Shown: piece by piece, positions 49,545-61,207 of the stretch
How positions within the stretch are numbered: position 1 is the first letter of the stretch
Layout of the letters: each line of letters opens with the position of its first letter
DNA from: an uncultured Methylomirabilota bacterium
GTDB lineage: Bacteria; Methylomirabilota; Methylomirabilia; Methylomirabilales; 2-02-FULL-66-22
Length of the DNA stretch: 64,000 nucleotides
Direction of reading: 5' to 3'
NCBI GenBank assembly: GCA_963845565.1
Contig: CAWJSJ010000005.1
Span: 704,001 to 768,000, forward strand
Translations under genes and position numbers: made by a program
The notes under the pieces: model-generated
The model's input: only the letters and a program-made list of their open reading frames with translations
Databases searched by the model: none
Told to the model about the DNA's origin: nothing

Positions 49545-50943
49545 ATGGCCGTGTTTCAATGGTTTCTGAATGGCCGATCGTGGCCCAAGGTCGTGACAGC
49601 GCTCGGTGTCGGTGTGGCTGGCCATTTCGCTGACTGGCTGCGAGCGGGGCAAGGAAGGCCGAGAAAGCCAAGCAGGCCGCGCCCGCCCCGCCGCCCCGGC
49701 CGTGGTGGTCGCGGAGGTCATCCAGAAGACGGTGCCGATCTACAGCGAGTTCGTCGCGCAGCACCGACGCCAAGGAGACGGTGGAGATCCGCGCCCGGGT
49801 GCAGGCGTTCTGGAGGCGCAGCACTTCACCGAGGGCACCGTGGTGAAGAAAGACCAGCTCCTCTTCACGCTCGACAAGCGCGAGTACGAGGCGCAGCTCC
49901 AGCAGGCCAAGGCGCAACTCGCCAAGGCACAGGCGGATCTGGCCTTCGCCAAGGACAACGCCCTGGTCGAGAGCGCCAAGGCCAACCTCGACGTGGCACT
50001 GGCGCGCCTCGGCAAGGCCGAAACGGACGAGCGGCGGCTGAAGCCGTTGGCCGAGCGGCGGGCCGTACCCCAGCAGGACTACGACAACGCGGCCGCGAAC
50101 CTGGATGGCGCCCGGGCCGACGTCGCAGTCCCGCCGAGCCGCGCGTGAACACGGCGCAGGTCAACCAGAAGAGCAGCATCGAGCAGGCCGAGGCCGCGAT
50201 CGCCGTCCGCCAACGCCGCCATCGTCCAGGCGGAGCTGAACGTGAGCTACTGCACGATCCGGTCGCCCATCGAGGGCCTGATCGGCAAGCGGGAGGTGTC
50301 CCCCGGGAACCTCGTGGGGAAGGGCGAGGCCACCCTCCTGGACACCGTGTCGAGCATCGACCCGATCCGCGTCGATGTCAGCATCAGCGATGCGGAATAC
50401 CTCCGATTCATGGCGCATCGGAAGAAGGGGCAGGCGAGGGGCGGCGCGGCGCTGGAACTGATGCTGGCCGACGGCAGCGTCTATCCCGCACAAGGGGCGC
50501 GATCGTCATCGCCGACCGGGCCGTGGACGTGAAGACCGGCACCCTCTCGCTCTTGCCGAGTTCCCGAACCCCGAGGGGCTCCTGCGCCCCGGCCAGTTCG
50601 GCCGCGTGCGGGTCGCCGCCGAGGTGGCCGAGAATGCCATCCTGGTGCCCCAGCGGGCCGTCCAGGAGATCCAGGGCACCAAGAGCGTGCTGGTGGTCGG
50701 CGCCGACAACGTGGTGACGCTGCGCACGATCCGCCCGGGGAGAGCGTCGGCGACCTCCTCATCGTGCGTGATGGGGTGAAGCCGGGCGAGCGGGTGATCG
50801 TGGATGGGATCCAGAAGGCCCGTCCGGGGTCCCCGGTCAACCCGTCGGCCGCCGGCAGCGGTCCGCCGGGCGCGAAGGCGGAGGCCAAGGCCCCGGAGAA
50901 GCCGGCCGAGGCGAAGCCTGCCAAGAAGGCGGGGGGGAAATAG
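49545..50943 (+). CDS. RND periplasmic adaptor (MFP), second operon; many frameshifts
   Basis: Homologous to 4628..5962 (QKTVPI, LFTLDKREYEA, YCTIRSPIEG, DTVSSIDPIRV) over several frames. Confidence 0.85.
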
Positions 50944-50946
50944 CCC

Positions 50947-53900
50947 ATGGGACAGTTCTTCATCCGGCGACCGATCGTCGCCATCGTCATCTCGATCCTG
51001 ATCGTCATGCTCGGGGTGGTCACCCTCAAGGGCCTCTCCATCGAGCAGTACCCGTTCCTGGCCCCGCCGAACATCCGCGTCACCGCCACCTACCCCGGCG
51101 CCTCCGCGGAAGCCGTGGAGCAGTCGGTGGCGACCCCCATCGAGCAGGAGGTCAACGGCGTCGACCGCCTGATCTACATGAAGTCCTCGAACACCAGCGA
51201 CGGCCGGATGCTCCTGGACGTCAACTTCGAGGTCGGGACGGACCAGGACATGGCGAACGTCCTCACCCAGAACCGGGTCTCGGCGGCGCAGGCGCGCCTG
51301 CCGCAGGAGGTCGTCCAGCAGGGGGTCACCGTCAAGAAGCAGAGCCCCAGCATCCTGATGCTGATCTCGGTCTACTCGCCCAAGGACGCCTACGACGCCA
51401 ACTTCCTGATCAACTACTGCGGCATCAACCTGCGGGACCAGCTGCTCCGGATCCCCGGGATCGCCCAGGTGGACCTCTTCGGCGGGACGGACTACGGGAT
51501 GCGGATCTGGTTCCAGCCCGACAAGCTGGCCAAGCTGGGCCTGACCCCGGCGGACGTCATCTCGGCCATCAAGGAGCAGAACCTCCAGGCGCCCACCGGC
51601 AAGGTCGGCGGCGCCCCCACGCCGCCGGACCAGGAGTTCACCAACACGGTCAGCGCGCCGGGCCGCCTGGTCACGGTCGAGGAGTTCGAGAACATCATCG
51701 TCCGCCAGAGCGCCACCGGCGCCGTGGTCCGGATCAAGGACGTCGCGCGCGCCGAGCTGGGCTCGCAGGACTACAACTCCTTCGGGCGGCTGAACGGCAA
51801 GCCGGCCGGCGCGATGGCGGTCTACCTCTTGCCCGGCGCCAACCAGCTCAAGGCCGCCGAGACGATCTACGCGACCATGGAGCGGGCCAAGGCGCTCTTC
51901 CCGCCCGGCATGGACTACAAGATCGTCTACGACACCACGCCGGCGGTCCAGGCCTCGATCCACGAGATCCTGAAGACGTTCGTCGAGGCGCTGATCCTGG
52001 TGACGCTGGTGGTCTTCATCTTCCTCCAGAACATCCGCGCGACGATCATCCCGCTGATCACCATCCCGGTCTCCCTCATCGGGACGTTCATCTTCTTCCC
52101 CCTGCTGGGTTTCTCGCGTCAACACCCTCTCGATGTTCGGCCTGGTGCTCGCCATCGGCATCGTGGTGGACGACGCCATCGTCGTGGTTGAAGCCGTCAT
52201 CCACCACCTGGAACAAGGGAAGAGTCCCCGGGAGGCGACCGTCAAGGCCATGGAGGAGGTCACGGCCCCGGTCATCGGGATCGCCCTCATCCTCTCCGCC
52301 GTGTTCGTCCCCGTGGCCCTCCTGGGCGGACTGGTCGGCAGCATGTACAAGCAGTTCGCCCTGACCATCGCCATCTCGGTGTTGCTCTCGGCGTTCAACG
52401 CGCTGTCGCTGACGCCGGCGCTCTGCGCCATGCTCCTCAAGGCGCCGCGCCCCATGCGGGGGCCGCTGGGCGTCTTCTTCCGCGGCTTCAACAAGGTGTT
52501 CGACGTCACCACGACCGGCTACGTGAGCGTGTCGCGCATCCTCGTGCGGCAGGGGAATCCTGACGATCGGGATCGTCGCCGTGGTGGCGGTGGGGGCCGG
52601 CCTCTTCGCGCCGCGTCATCCCGGCCGGGTTCATCCCGGACGAGGACCAGGGGATCTTCGGCGTCGCCGTCCAGCTTCCGCCCGGGGCCTCGCTGGAGCG
52701 GACCAGCGCGGTGCTCAAGAAGGTGGAGGAGATCCTGGCGAAGACCGACGGGATCGAATCTTTCCAGACCATCGGCGGCTACGGGGCGGTCACCAACACG
52801 TACCAGCCGAACTACGGCACGATCTTCGCGCGCCTGCACCCGTGGGAAGAGCGGAAGGGCGAGGCGCTGCACGTGAAGGGCATCATGGCGAAGCTGCAGC
52901 GGCAGTTCGCGGCCATCCCGGAGGCGGTCATCTTCCCGTTCAACATCCCGACGCTGGCGGGATTCGGCGCCGCCTCGGGGTTCAACTTCCTCCTCCAGGA
53001 CCGCAGCGGCTCCATGACGGTCGAGGAGCTCGGCGAGCAGACGCGGAAGTTCCTCGCGGCGGGACGGCAACGGCCGGAGCTGGGGAACCTCTTCACCTCC
53101 TTCGACCCGAACTACCCCCAGGTCAGGGTGGAGCTGGACCGCGAGAAGGCGCGCACGCTGGGCGTCCCGGTGAACGAGGTCGTTCCAGGCGATGTCCGCC
53201 GCCCTGGGAGGGGCCTACGTCAACGACTTCAACCGCTTCGGGCGGCTGTACCGGGTCTACGTGCAGGCCGACGCGGCGGCCCGCCTGAAGGCGGAGGATA
53301 TCGGGAAGGTCTACGTCCGGTCGAAGACGACCAACGAGATGATTCCCCTCTCCACGCTGGTCACCATCAAGAACATCGCCGGGACCGAGCTGACGACCCG
53401 GTTCAACCTGCTGCGCTCCGTGGAGATCCAGGGGGCGCCCGCCCGCGGCTACACCTCCGGGCAGGCCCTCGCCGCGCTGGAGCAGGTCTTCGCGGAGACG
53501 ATGCCGAAGGAGATGGGCTTCGCCTACTCCTCGATGTCCTACCAGGAAAAGATCGCCCCGCCCGCCGCGCCGACCTTCATCATGGCCATCGTGTGCGTGT
53601 TCCTGCTGCTGGCCGCGATGTACGAGAGCTGGCGGCTGCCCTGGGCGGTCCTCCTGGGTTCGCCGCTGGTGGCCCTGGGGGCCTTCTTCGGCGTCTGGCT
53701 GATGGGCTACGACAACAACGTGTACGTGCAGATCGGTCTGGTCATGCTGATCGGCCTGGCGGCCAAGAACGCCATCCTGATCGTGGAGTTCGCCAAGGCG
53801 AAGCACGAGGAGGGCCTCTCCCTGGAGGAGGCGGCCCTGACGTCGGCCCGCCTGCGCTTCCGGCCGATCCTGATGACGGCCTTCGCCTTCATCCTGGGCG

Positions 53901-54109
53901 TCGTGCCGCTGATGAAAGCGAGCGGCGCGGGCGCGGGGGCCCAGAACGTGATGGGCACCGGCGTCTTCTGGGGCATGCTGGTCGCCACCGCGCTGGGCGT
54001 GTTCATCATTCCCGGGCAACTTCACCTTCGTCGAGGGACTCGGCCGCGGCGGCAAGCCGCCAAGCAGGCGCCGGCCGCGCCGTCGCCCAGAAGGAGCGCA
54101 CTGAGATGA
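50947..54109 (+). CDS. RND efflux permease (HAE1), third paralog; many frameshifts
   Basis: FFIRRPI, GIVVDDAIVVVE, KNAILIVEFA and RFRPILMT motifs across frames. Confidence 0.88.
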
Positions 54110-55577
54110 CCCGCCGACAAATTCTCCTACTCTGCGTTGTTGTGTTCTTTGCCGCCGGTTGCACCGTCGGTCCCGACTACAAGCGGCCGGAGGTCTCGGT
54201 CCCGGCGGTCTATCGTGCGGCTGAGCACGAGTACCGCCGGTCGCCAGTGCCGCATCCTTCGGTGATCTCTGTTGGTGGAATGTCTTTCAGGATCCGGAGC
54301 TGCAGGAGCTGATCCGGACGGCCCTGGTCGAAAACTACGATCTCCGCGTGGCGGTGTCGCGCATCCTCCAGGCCCAGAGCTCAGGTGACGGTTGCGCGGT
54401 CGTATCAGTACCCGACGGCGGACGTCGGCGCCAACGCTCCCTACAGTGCGGTCGTAGGCGGCGAACGTCCCCCAACGACTCCCCGCGAACGCGTTCCAAC
54501 CCCAGGGCGGACTCACCGTCGCGTGGGAGCTGGACCTCTGGGGGAAATTCCGGCGAAACACCGAGTCGGCCTGGGCCAACCTGCTCGCCACCGAGGAGTC
54601 GCGGTACGCGGTCATGACCAGCCTGGTCGCCCAGGTCGCCCAGGCCTACCTGACCTCCGGACCCTGGACCTCACGCTGGAAATCTCCAAGCGTACCGTGA
54701 CCTCGCGGGAGCAGTCCCGCGACCTGGTGCAAGCCCGGCTGGACGGCGGTGTGGCCGGGATCCTCGACCTGCGCCAGGCCGAGACGCTGCTCTACGGCGC
54801 GACGAAGACGATCCCGGAGATCCAGCGTCAGATCGAGCAGACCGAGAATTTCATCAACATCTTGCTCGGAAGGAATCCCGGGCCCATCAGGCGCGGTCGC
54901 CCCCTTGACCAGCAGGTCGCGGCCCCGACGGTGCCAGCGGGGCTTCCGTCGGAACTCCTTGCGCGGCGGCCGGACATCCGCGGGGCGGAACAGCGTGCTG
55001 GTGTCCGCGAATGCGCAGATCGGCGTCGCGAAGGCGTTGCTCTTTCCGCAGGTCACGATCTCCGGCTTCGCCGGCGCGGGCGGTGCGGTGATCAGCGGCT
55101 CCACCTTCGGACCGTACGGGGTGTTTAACGTCCTGCCGGTCGTCACCTTGCCCATCTTCAACATGGGTCGGCTGGAGGCGGGCGTGGACCTTCAACGAGG
55201 CTGTCGCCCAGGAAGCGGTACTGCGGTACCAGCAAACGATCCAGCAAGCGCTGCGCGAAGTGTCGGACTCGCTGATCGAGATCCAGAAGCGGCGGGAATT
55301 CCGGGAGCAGCAGGAACTGCTCACCAACACCCTGTCGGACGCCAGCCAGGTCGCCAAGTTGCGGTACGAGGGCGGGGTGTCCAGCTACCTGGAAGTCCTG
55401 GACACCGAGCGCCAATACTTCGAGGCCGAACTCCAGCTGGCGATAGCGCAGCGGGACGAGTATGCGGCCGTGGTCCAGCTCTACAAGGCCCTCGGTGGCG
55501 GGTGGCAGACCGAGACGCCCACCGCGCCGACCCCGGCGGGCGGGCGGACAGCCGCTGCCGCGGTCGAAAAACCCTAG
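54106..55577 (+). CDS. RND outer-membrane factor lipoprotein (OprM/NodT-like); many frameshifts
   Basis: AAGCTVGPDYKRP lipobox, WELDLWG, PSELLARRPDI and LYKALGGGW motifs. Confidence 0.88.
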
Positions 55578-55624
55578 CGGCGTGACGGGTTGCAGACAAT
55601 TTCCTGCGCTGGGGTGACGACTCG

Positions 55625-56341
55625 ATGACACGTGCTCGTTCCGCGATTGTGAGATCACGGAGGCCAGCGGGACGCCTTAAGGAGCTCTGGGTTTCGGAGG
55701 TCGGGCTGAGCATCTTCACCGGCCTTCTGGCGCTGGAGATTTTCGTCGTCTCGCCGCTCGCAAGTCTGGGTGTCCTGGGCACGGGCCTGATCGACGCGGT
55801 CTTTTCGCTTCTCTTGATCTGGGGCGCCCTCGCGCTCCATCCGGGGCGGATTCTGCAGGTTCTCGTCGTGATCTTGGTCGGGATCGCCATTGCCCTTCGC
55901 TGGATGGCGGCCTGGCAGCCCACCCCGTGGATCGTTGGGGCGGGATCGCTCCTGCTTGTGGTCACACTTGGGTGCTTTGTCGCCATCGTCTTGAAGCGGG
56001 TATTCGGAGCCGGCCCCGTGACGCGGCATCGGATTCACGGGGCGGTGTGCGCGTATCTCCTCTTCGGGTTGATGTGGGCCGCGGCATATGCGTTCGTCGG
56101 AGAGACTTTCCCACAGGCGTTCAACGTGGCCGGCGGAACGGCGCTCGCAGGAAATCCCCTAGGTCGATATGTATATTTCAGCTTTGTCACACTCACGACG
56201 GTGGGGTACGGCGACATCACGGCCATGCACCCGCTGGCGCGAACACTGGTCATCGCGGAAGCCTTGACCGGGCAGCTCTTTCCCGCGATCATCATCGGCG
56301 GCCTGGTTTCCTTGGCTCTCGCCGATCGGCCGAAGGGCTGA
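55625..56341 (+). CDS. Potassium channel family protein
   Basis: YFSFVTLTTVGYGDI pore signature. Confidence 0.9.
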   Translation: MTRARSAIVRSRRPAGRLKELWVSEVGLSIFTGLLALEIFVVSPLASLGVLGTGLIDAVFSLLLIWGALALHPGRILQVLVVILVGIAIALRWMAAWQPTPWIVGAGSLLLVVTLGCFVAIVLKRVFGAGPVTRHRIHGAVCAYLLFGLMWAAAYAFVGETFPQAFNVAGGTALAGNPLGRYVYFSFVTLTTVGYGDITAMHPLARTLVIAEALTGQLFPAIIIGGLVSLALADRPKG

Positions 56342-56563
56342 GGAGATCGAAGCCATCCTCCGCGCGAATGAATCGCGGAAGCGTGAGGAAGTCTCTCGCC
56401 AGTTTTTTCGGTGGTGCCCACAGGCCACGCGCGATATCCTTTCGAGATAATTAGGGAAGCGTTTTGGGTCGCTCCGCAGACGAGGAATCGTGGGGAGCCT
56501 AGAGATGGGGCATTCAGGAAAGCGGTTACCGCATAACGAACATAGGCAGAGGAGGACAGTATC

Positions 56564-57043
56564 ATGCGTGGAGGTCTTCTGAAGGGCGTGGCGGTCGTGA
56601 TCCTCGTCGCCTTGGTGACGACCGGGTGCGCGACGATGGAGGCGAACCCGAAGACGACAGTCGGGGCGGCCGGGGGCGGCCTGGTGGGCGGCCTGATCGC
56701 TGCCGCCGCGGGCGGGAATCCCGCGGCCATCGCCGCCAGTGTGATTGGTGGCATGCTCATCGGGGGTGTGGTCGGGAACATGCTGGACCAGCGCGACAAA
56801 CAAATGGCGGCCGAGGCGGCGCACCGGGCCATGGAGTCGGCGCCGACCGGCAAACCGGTGGCGTGGCAAAACCCGGACAGCGGCCACTCGGGGACGGTGA
56901 CCCCAACGCGGACCTACCAGACCGCAGACGGGAATTACTGCCGCGATTACCAGACGACCGTCGTCATCGATGGCAAGAAGGAACGGGCCACTGGCACCGC
57001 CTGCCGGCAACCGGACGGAAGCTGGCGAACCGTGAACTCGTAG
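56564..57043 (+). CDS. Glycine-zipper lipoprotein, Rickettsia 17-kDa antigen (RT0821/Lpp0805)-like
   Basis: Lipobox TGC, Gly zipper, WQNPDSG, YCRDY and GTACRQPDGSW motifs. Confidence 0.88.
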   Translation: MRGGLLKGVAVVILVALVTTGCATMEANPKTTVGAAGGGLVGGLIAAAAGGNPAAIAASVIGGMLIGGVVGNMLDQRDKQMAAEAAHRAMESAPTGKPVAWQNPDSGHSGTVTPTRTYQTADGNYCRDYQTTVVIDGKKERATGTACRQPDGSWRTVNS

Positions 57044-57071
57044 GTTTTTGCGCTGGGCGCGCAAAAACCTA
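57041..57071. terminator. Perfect 13-bp stem-loop at the stop codon
   Basis: TAGGTTTTTGCGC-TGGGC-GCGCAAAAACCTA. Confidence 0.45.
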
Positions 57072-57144
57072 AACTGAACGGCTTGGGAGAGCTATTTCGT
57101 TTCGTTTGTGCGCGTGAAGCGCGCGAAAACGAGGAGGAGAACAC

Positions 57145-57546
57145 ATGGGACGGTTTCTTGTGACGGCGCTGATCGTCGCGGCGGCGGTCGCCTGCGTGGT
57201 GAGCCCCGCGCTCGCTCAGATTCCACCACCTGACTGGAAAGAGGGCTTCCGGGCCCACGACAAGAACGGTGACGGACTGATTGACCGTGCCGAGTTCCAG
57301 AACTGGATCGTGGAAGGGTTTTACTTCCGAGACAAGGGGCACAAGGGCTATCTGGTCCAGGCAGACCTTCAAGGGGCGGCGTCACCCGAGGTATTCAAGG
57401 CGATCAACCGCAAGGGGGATGGCAAGCTGACCATGAACGAATACCTCAACGCGCTGTTCCAGGACTTCGCGGCGATTGATGCCAACCAGAACGGCGCGAT
57501 CACCATGCAGGAGGTCGAGGTGTATATCAAGCAAGTCCGAAAGTAA
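57145..57546 (+). CDS. Secreted EF-hand calcium-binding protein
   Basis: DKNGDGLIDRAE, NRKGDGKLTMNE and DANQNGAITMQE loops; signal peptide. Confidence 0.85.
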   Translation: MGRFLVTALIVAAAVACVVSPALAQIPPPDWKEGFRAHDKNGDGLIDRAEFQNWIVEGFYFRDKGHKGYLVQADLQGAASPEVFKAINRKGDGKLTMNEYLNALFQDFAAIDANQNGAITMQEVEVYIKQVRK

Positions 57547-57648
57547 GCCGTTGTCAAAGAATAAGTTGAGCGGAGACATTCCGAAACGGCATAAGGAGCC
57601 GTAACGAAATAGAAGGAGATGTATAGGTTATTTCGTAACGGCTCCTAA
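57545..57648. mobile_element. 104-bp dispersed element, copy 2
   Basis: Near-identical to 32196-32299; most differences fall in the loop of the inverted repeat. Confidence 0.8.
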
Positions 57649-57747
57649 CCCCGGCGCATTTCCCTGCGGGGCCGTTGTCCTGCGCCACGGGGACGACTGG
57701 CTGGTCTTTAATCCATGGCGACACCTTACAACAAGGAGGAGATCTCG

Positions 57748-58224
57748 ATGCGTTTCGTGAAAGCTTCGTTTTTGGCGCTGGCGGCGTGCATGCTGGTTGT
57801 TCCGTGTGTTGTGCAAGCGCAGACCGCATCGGACATGGAGATTCTGCGGCAGAAACTGAAGGCCGACAAGAAGCTCGTGGTTGCGGAAGTGATGCAGTTG
57901 TCGGCCGCCGAGGCGACAGGGTTCTGGCCGGTGTACGACGCCTACCAGACCGATCTGGGACAACTCAACGCGCGGCTCGTCCAGCTCATCAAGAGCTATG
58001 CGGAGGCGTACCGTACCGATACGCTTACCAACGACAAGGCGCAGGCACTCACGGATGAAGCACTGAAGATCGAGCAGGCGGAAGTGGACATGAAGCGCGC
58101 GTACCTGCCCAAGCTCTCGGCCGTGGTGTCTCCGGTGAAGGCGGCGCGATATCTGCAAGTCGAGACCAAGATCCGGGCTGTGCTGAAGTTCGATCTGGCA
58201 ACGGAGATTCCGCTCGCCAAATAA
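57748..58224 (+). CDS. Secreted helical conserved hypothetical protein
   Basis: AAGGAGGA RBS, signal peptide, FWPVYDAYQ and ARYLQVETKIR motifs. Confidence 0.75.
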   Translation: MRFVKASFLALAACMLVVPCVVQAQTASDMEILRQKLKADKKLVVAEVMQLSAAEATGFWPVYDAYQTDLGQLNARLVQLIKSYAEAYRTDTLTNDKAQALTDEALKIEQAEVDMKRAYLPKLSAVVSPVKAARYLQVETKIRAVLKFDLATEIPLAK

Positions 58225-58310
58225 GACGACGGTGTGTTGCCGCGTCCGCCGACGAACAGAACGTCGGCGGACGTCGGTGGCCCCGGATGTGAGAAGCCAG
58301 GAGCACGCGC

Positions 58311-59945
58311 ATGCCACCAGCCATCGTTCCCCTTTCCGCCCGTCCCGCCTGGCAGGCGCTGGCTGCGCACTATCACCAGGTGCGGACCCGGCATCTCCGC
58401 GACCTCTTTGCGGCCGATCCCACGCGCGGCGAACGGCTCGTCGCCGAGGCGGGGGGCCTCTACCTGGACTACTCGAAGAACCGGATCACCGACGACACCC
58501 TCACCCTCCTCCTGCGACTGGCGGACGAGTCCGGCCTGCGCGCACGGATCGACGCCATGTTCCGGGGCGACAAGATCAATGTCACGGAGCAGCGGGCCGT
58601 CCTCCACGTGGCCCTGCGGGCGCCGCGGGGGGCCTCCATCTGTGTGGATGGGGAGAACGTCGTGCCGCAGGTGCAGGCCGTGCTCGACCAGATGGCGGCC
58701 TTTGCCGTCCGGGTGCGGAGCGGGGCCTGGACCGGCCATACCGGCAAGCGCATCACGACCGTCATCAACATCGGCATCGGGGGCTCAGACCTCGGGCCGG
58801 TGATGGCCTACGAGGCGCTCAAGCACTACAGCGACCGCGCCGTGAGTTTCCGGTTCGTCTCCAACGTGGATGGCACCGATCTGGTGGAAGCTACCCGCGA
58901 CCTCGACCCGGCGGAGACGCTCTTCATCGTCTCGTCCAAGACCTTCACGACGCTGGAGACGATGACCAACGCCCAGAGTGCGCGCGCCTGGCTGCTCCAG
59001 GGGTTCGGCGGCGATGCCAAGGCCGTGGCCAAGCACTTCGTCGCGGTCTCGACGAATGGCGCCCAGGTGGCCGCCTTCGGGATCGACACCGCCAACATGT
59101 TCGGGTTCTGGGACTGGGTCGGCGGGCGGTACTCCATGGACTCGGCGATCGGCCTCTCGACGATGCTGGCGATCGGTCCCGAGCACTTTCGCGCCCTGCT
59201 CGCCGGCTTTCATCGGATGGACGAGCATTTCCGCACCGCGCCCTTCGAGCGGAATCTACCCGTGCTGATGGGTCTGCTGGGGATCTGGTATACCGAGTTT
59301 TTCGGCGCCCAGACGGTGGCGGTCCTGCCGTACGATCAGTACTTGAAGCGGTTTCCGGCCTATCTGCAACAGTTGACGATGGAGAGCAACGGCAAGTCCG
59401 TGACCCTTGACGGGACACCGGTCGCGTACCAGACCGGCCCCGTCTACTGGGGCGAGCCGGGCACCAACGGCCAGCACTCCTTCTACCAACTGATCCACCA
59501 GGGGACCCGACTCATCCCCTGCGACTTCATCGCGTTCGGCCAGCCCCTCAATCCGCTCGGGCGACACCACGACATGCTGCTGGCGAACGTCCTGGCCCAG
59601 AGCGAGGCGCTTGCCTTCGGCAAGACCCCCGAGGAGGTCAAGGCCGAGGGCACGCCGGATTGGCTCGTGCCGCATCGGGTCTTCGAAGGCAATCGGCCGT
59701 CGAACACGATTCTTGCCGAGCGGCTCACGCCGGACACGCTCGGCCAGCTCGTCGCCCTGTACGAGCACGCGGTCTTCACCCAGGGGGCCATCTGGCAGAT
59801 TGACTCGTTCGACCAGTGGGGCGTCGAGCTGGGCAAGGTCCTCGCGCAACGCATCATCCCGGAACTCGAGAGCCCGGCGGAACCCCCGCTCACGCATGAC
59901 AGCTCGACGAATCACCTGATCCGTCGGTACCGGGCGCTCAGATAA
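58311..59945 (+). CDS. pgi: Glucose-6-phosphate isomerase
   Basis: [36 protein letters not shown] and [10 protein letters not shown] motifs. Confidence 0.97.
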   Translation: MPPAIVPLSARPAWQALAAHYHQVRTRHLRDLFAADPTRGERLVAEAGGLYLDYSKNRITDDTLTLLLRLADESGLRARIDAMFRGDKINVTEQRAVLHVALRAPRGASICVDGENVVPQVQAVLDQMAAFAVRVRSGAWTGHTGKRITTVINIGIGGSDLGPVMAYEALKHYSDRAVSFRFVSNVDGTDLVEATRDLDPAETLFIVSSKTFTTLETMTNAQSARAWLLQGFGGDAKAVAKHFVAVSTNGAQVAAFGIDTANMFGFWDWVGGRYSMDSAIGLSTMLAIGPEHFRALLAGFHRMDEHFRTAPFERNLPVLMGLLGIWYTEFFGAQTVAVLPYDQYLKRFPAYLQQLTMESNGKSVTLDGTPVAYQTGPVYWGEPGTNGQHSFYQLIHQGTRLIPCDFIAFGQPLNPLGRHHDMLLANVLAQSEALAFGKTPEEVKAEGTPDWLVPHRVFEGNRPSNTILAERLTPDTLGQLVALYEHAVFTQGAIWQIDSFDQWGVELGKVLAQRIIPELESPAEPPLTHDSSTNHLIRRYRALR

Positions 59946-60028
59946 AATTCTCGGCGCAGCGTGGGCGCTGCGCCGAGACGATTGGAACGTGTCGTTGCCT
60001 GCCGATCCGTCCCGCTTTTGACAACGGC

Positions 60029-61207
60029 TTACCGATTTCCCGCGTGCTCCAGAACCGAAAAGATGGCGGCGATCAGGACTGCTTGCAGGATCAACAGCGC
60101 CGCCTCGAAGCCCCGCGCGTGCACCAGGGCGACGGCGGCCAGGCCCATGCAGACGGAGAAGCCGAAGACCAGCAGGACGGCCTTCCGCTTGCTTCCAAGC
60201 AAGGCGGCGAGCCGGTGGTGGAGGTGGTCTCTCCCCACGTACGCGATCCAGTCGTGGAAACTCCGAACCTTCCCCGTCAGGATCCGCGCCGCGGTGATGT
60301 AGGTCATGTCGTAGATGAAGACCCAGAAGATCAGCACCGGGGCCGCGATATCCACGAGATTGCTCTCGGCCCATTCCCCCTTGATCGCCAGCGCCGCCAG
60401 GACGAATCCCAGAAAGGTGCTGCCGGCGTCCCCCAGGAAGATCGCGGCGGGCGCCCTCGGACGGAAGTTGAAGGGAAGGAAGCCCAGGCAGCTCCCGACC
60501 ATGGCGGCGGCGAACCAGCCGAGGAACGGCTGGAAGCTCAGGAATGCGAACAGCCCCAGAAAGCTCGCCGTGATGATGCTGAGGCCGGTGGCCAGGCCAT
60601 CCATGCCGTCGAAGAAGTTCATGGCGTTGGTGATGCCGAGCAGCCAAAGGATCGTCAGGAGAGCATCGAGCAGATTCCCCAGCCACAGCCGGGGGAACAG
60701 GGTGAGGGCCACGCCGGAGCCGATCACGATGCCCACGGCCACGAGCTGCGCGAGCAGCTTGACGGCGGCGGGCATCTGGTAGACGTCGTCCAGGATGCCG
60801 ACCAGCACCAGCAGCGTGCCGCCGACGAGGATCGCGATGACCTGACGATCCAGGATGGAATTGGCCAGGATGGCCACGGTGAACGCCAGGTAAATGGCGA
60901 GCCCGCCAAGGAGCGGGGTCGGGGCCGCGTGCACCTTTCGGGAGGCGGGCATGTCCAGGACGCCGGTCCGATGCGCCAGGCGCGCGATTCCGGGCGTCAG
61001 GCCGAGGGAGATGAGCGCGGAGACGACCAGGATGTACGCCCAGCGGGCGCCGTACACCGACAACCAGGTGGTCCGGACTGGGGGGAGCAGCAGCGCGGCA
61101 GCCACGCCCAGCACCGCCAGGCTGAGCCACGCCGAGCCACATCGGGGCGCCGGGGTGCCGGCTGAAGGACGCGCGTTGTCCGGGAACTCGGATGCGGTGG
61201 TGCTCAT
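60029..61207 (-). CDS. WecA/TagO (MraY-like) undecaprenyl-phosphate GlcNAc-1-phosphate transferase
   Basis: RKVH..PTP.LGG, GILDD, NAMNFFDGMDGL, FLGDAGS and DHLHHRL motifs. Confidence 0.92.
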   Translation of the reverse strand: MSTTASEFPDNARPSAGTPAPRCGSAWLSLAVLGVAAALLLPPVRTTWLSVYGARWAYILVVSALISLGLTPGIARLAHRTGVLDMPASRKVHAAPTPLLGGLAIYLAFTVAILANSILDRQVIAILVGGTLLVLVGILDDVYQMPAAVKLLAQLVAVGIVIGSGVALTLFPRLWLGNLLDALLTILWLLGITNAMNFFDGMDGLATGLSIITASFLGLFAFLSFQPFLGWFAAAMVGSCLGFLPFNFRPRAPAAIFLGDAGSTFLGFVLAALAIKGEWAESNLVDIAAPVLIFWVFIYDMTYITAARILTGKVRSFHDWIAYVGRDHLHHRLAALLGSKRKAVLLVFGFSVCMGLAAVALVHARGFEAALLILQAVLIAAIFSVLEHAGNR

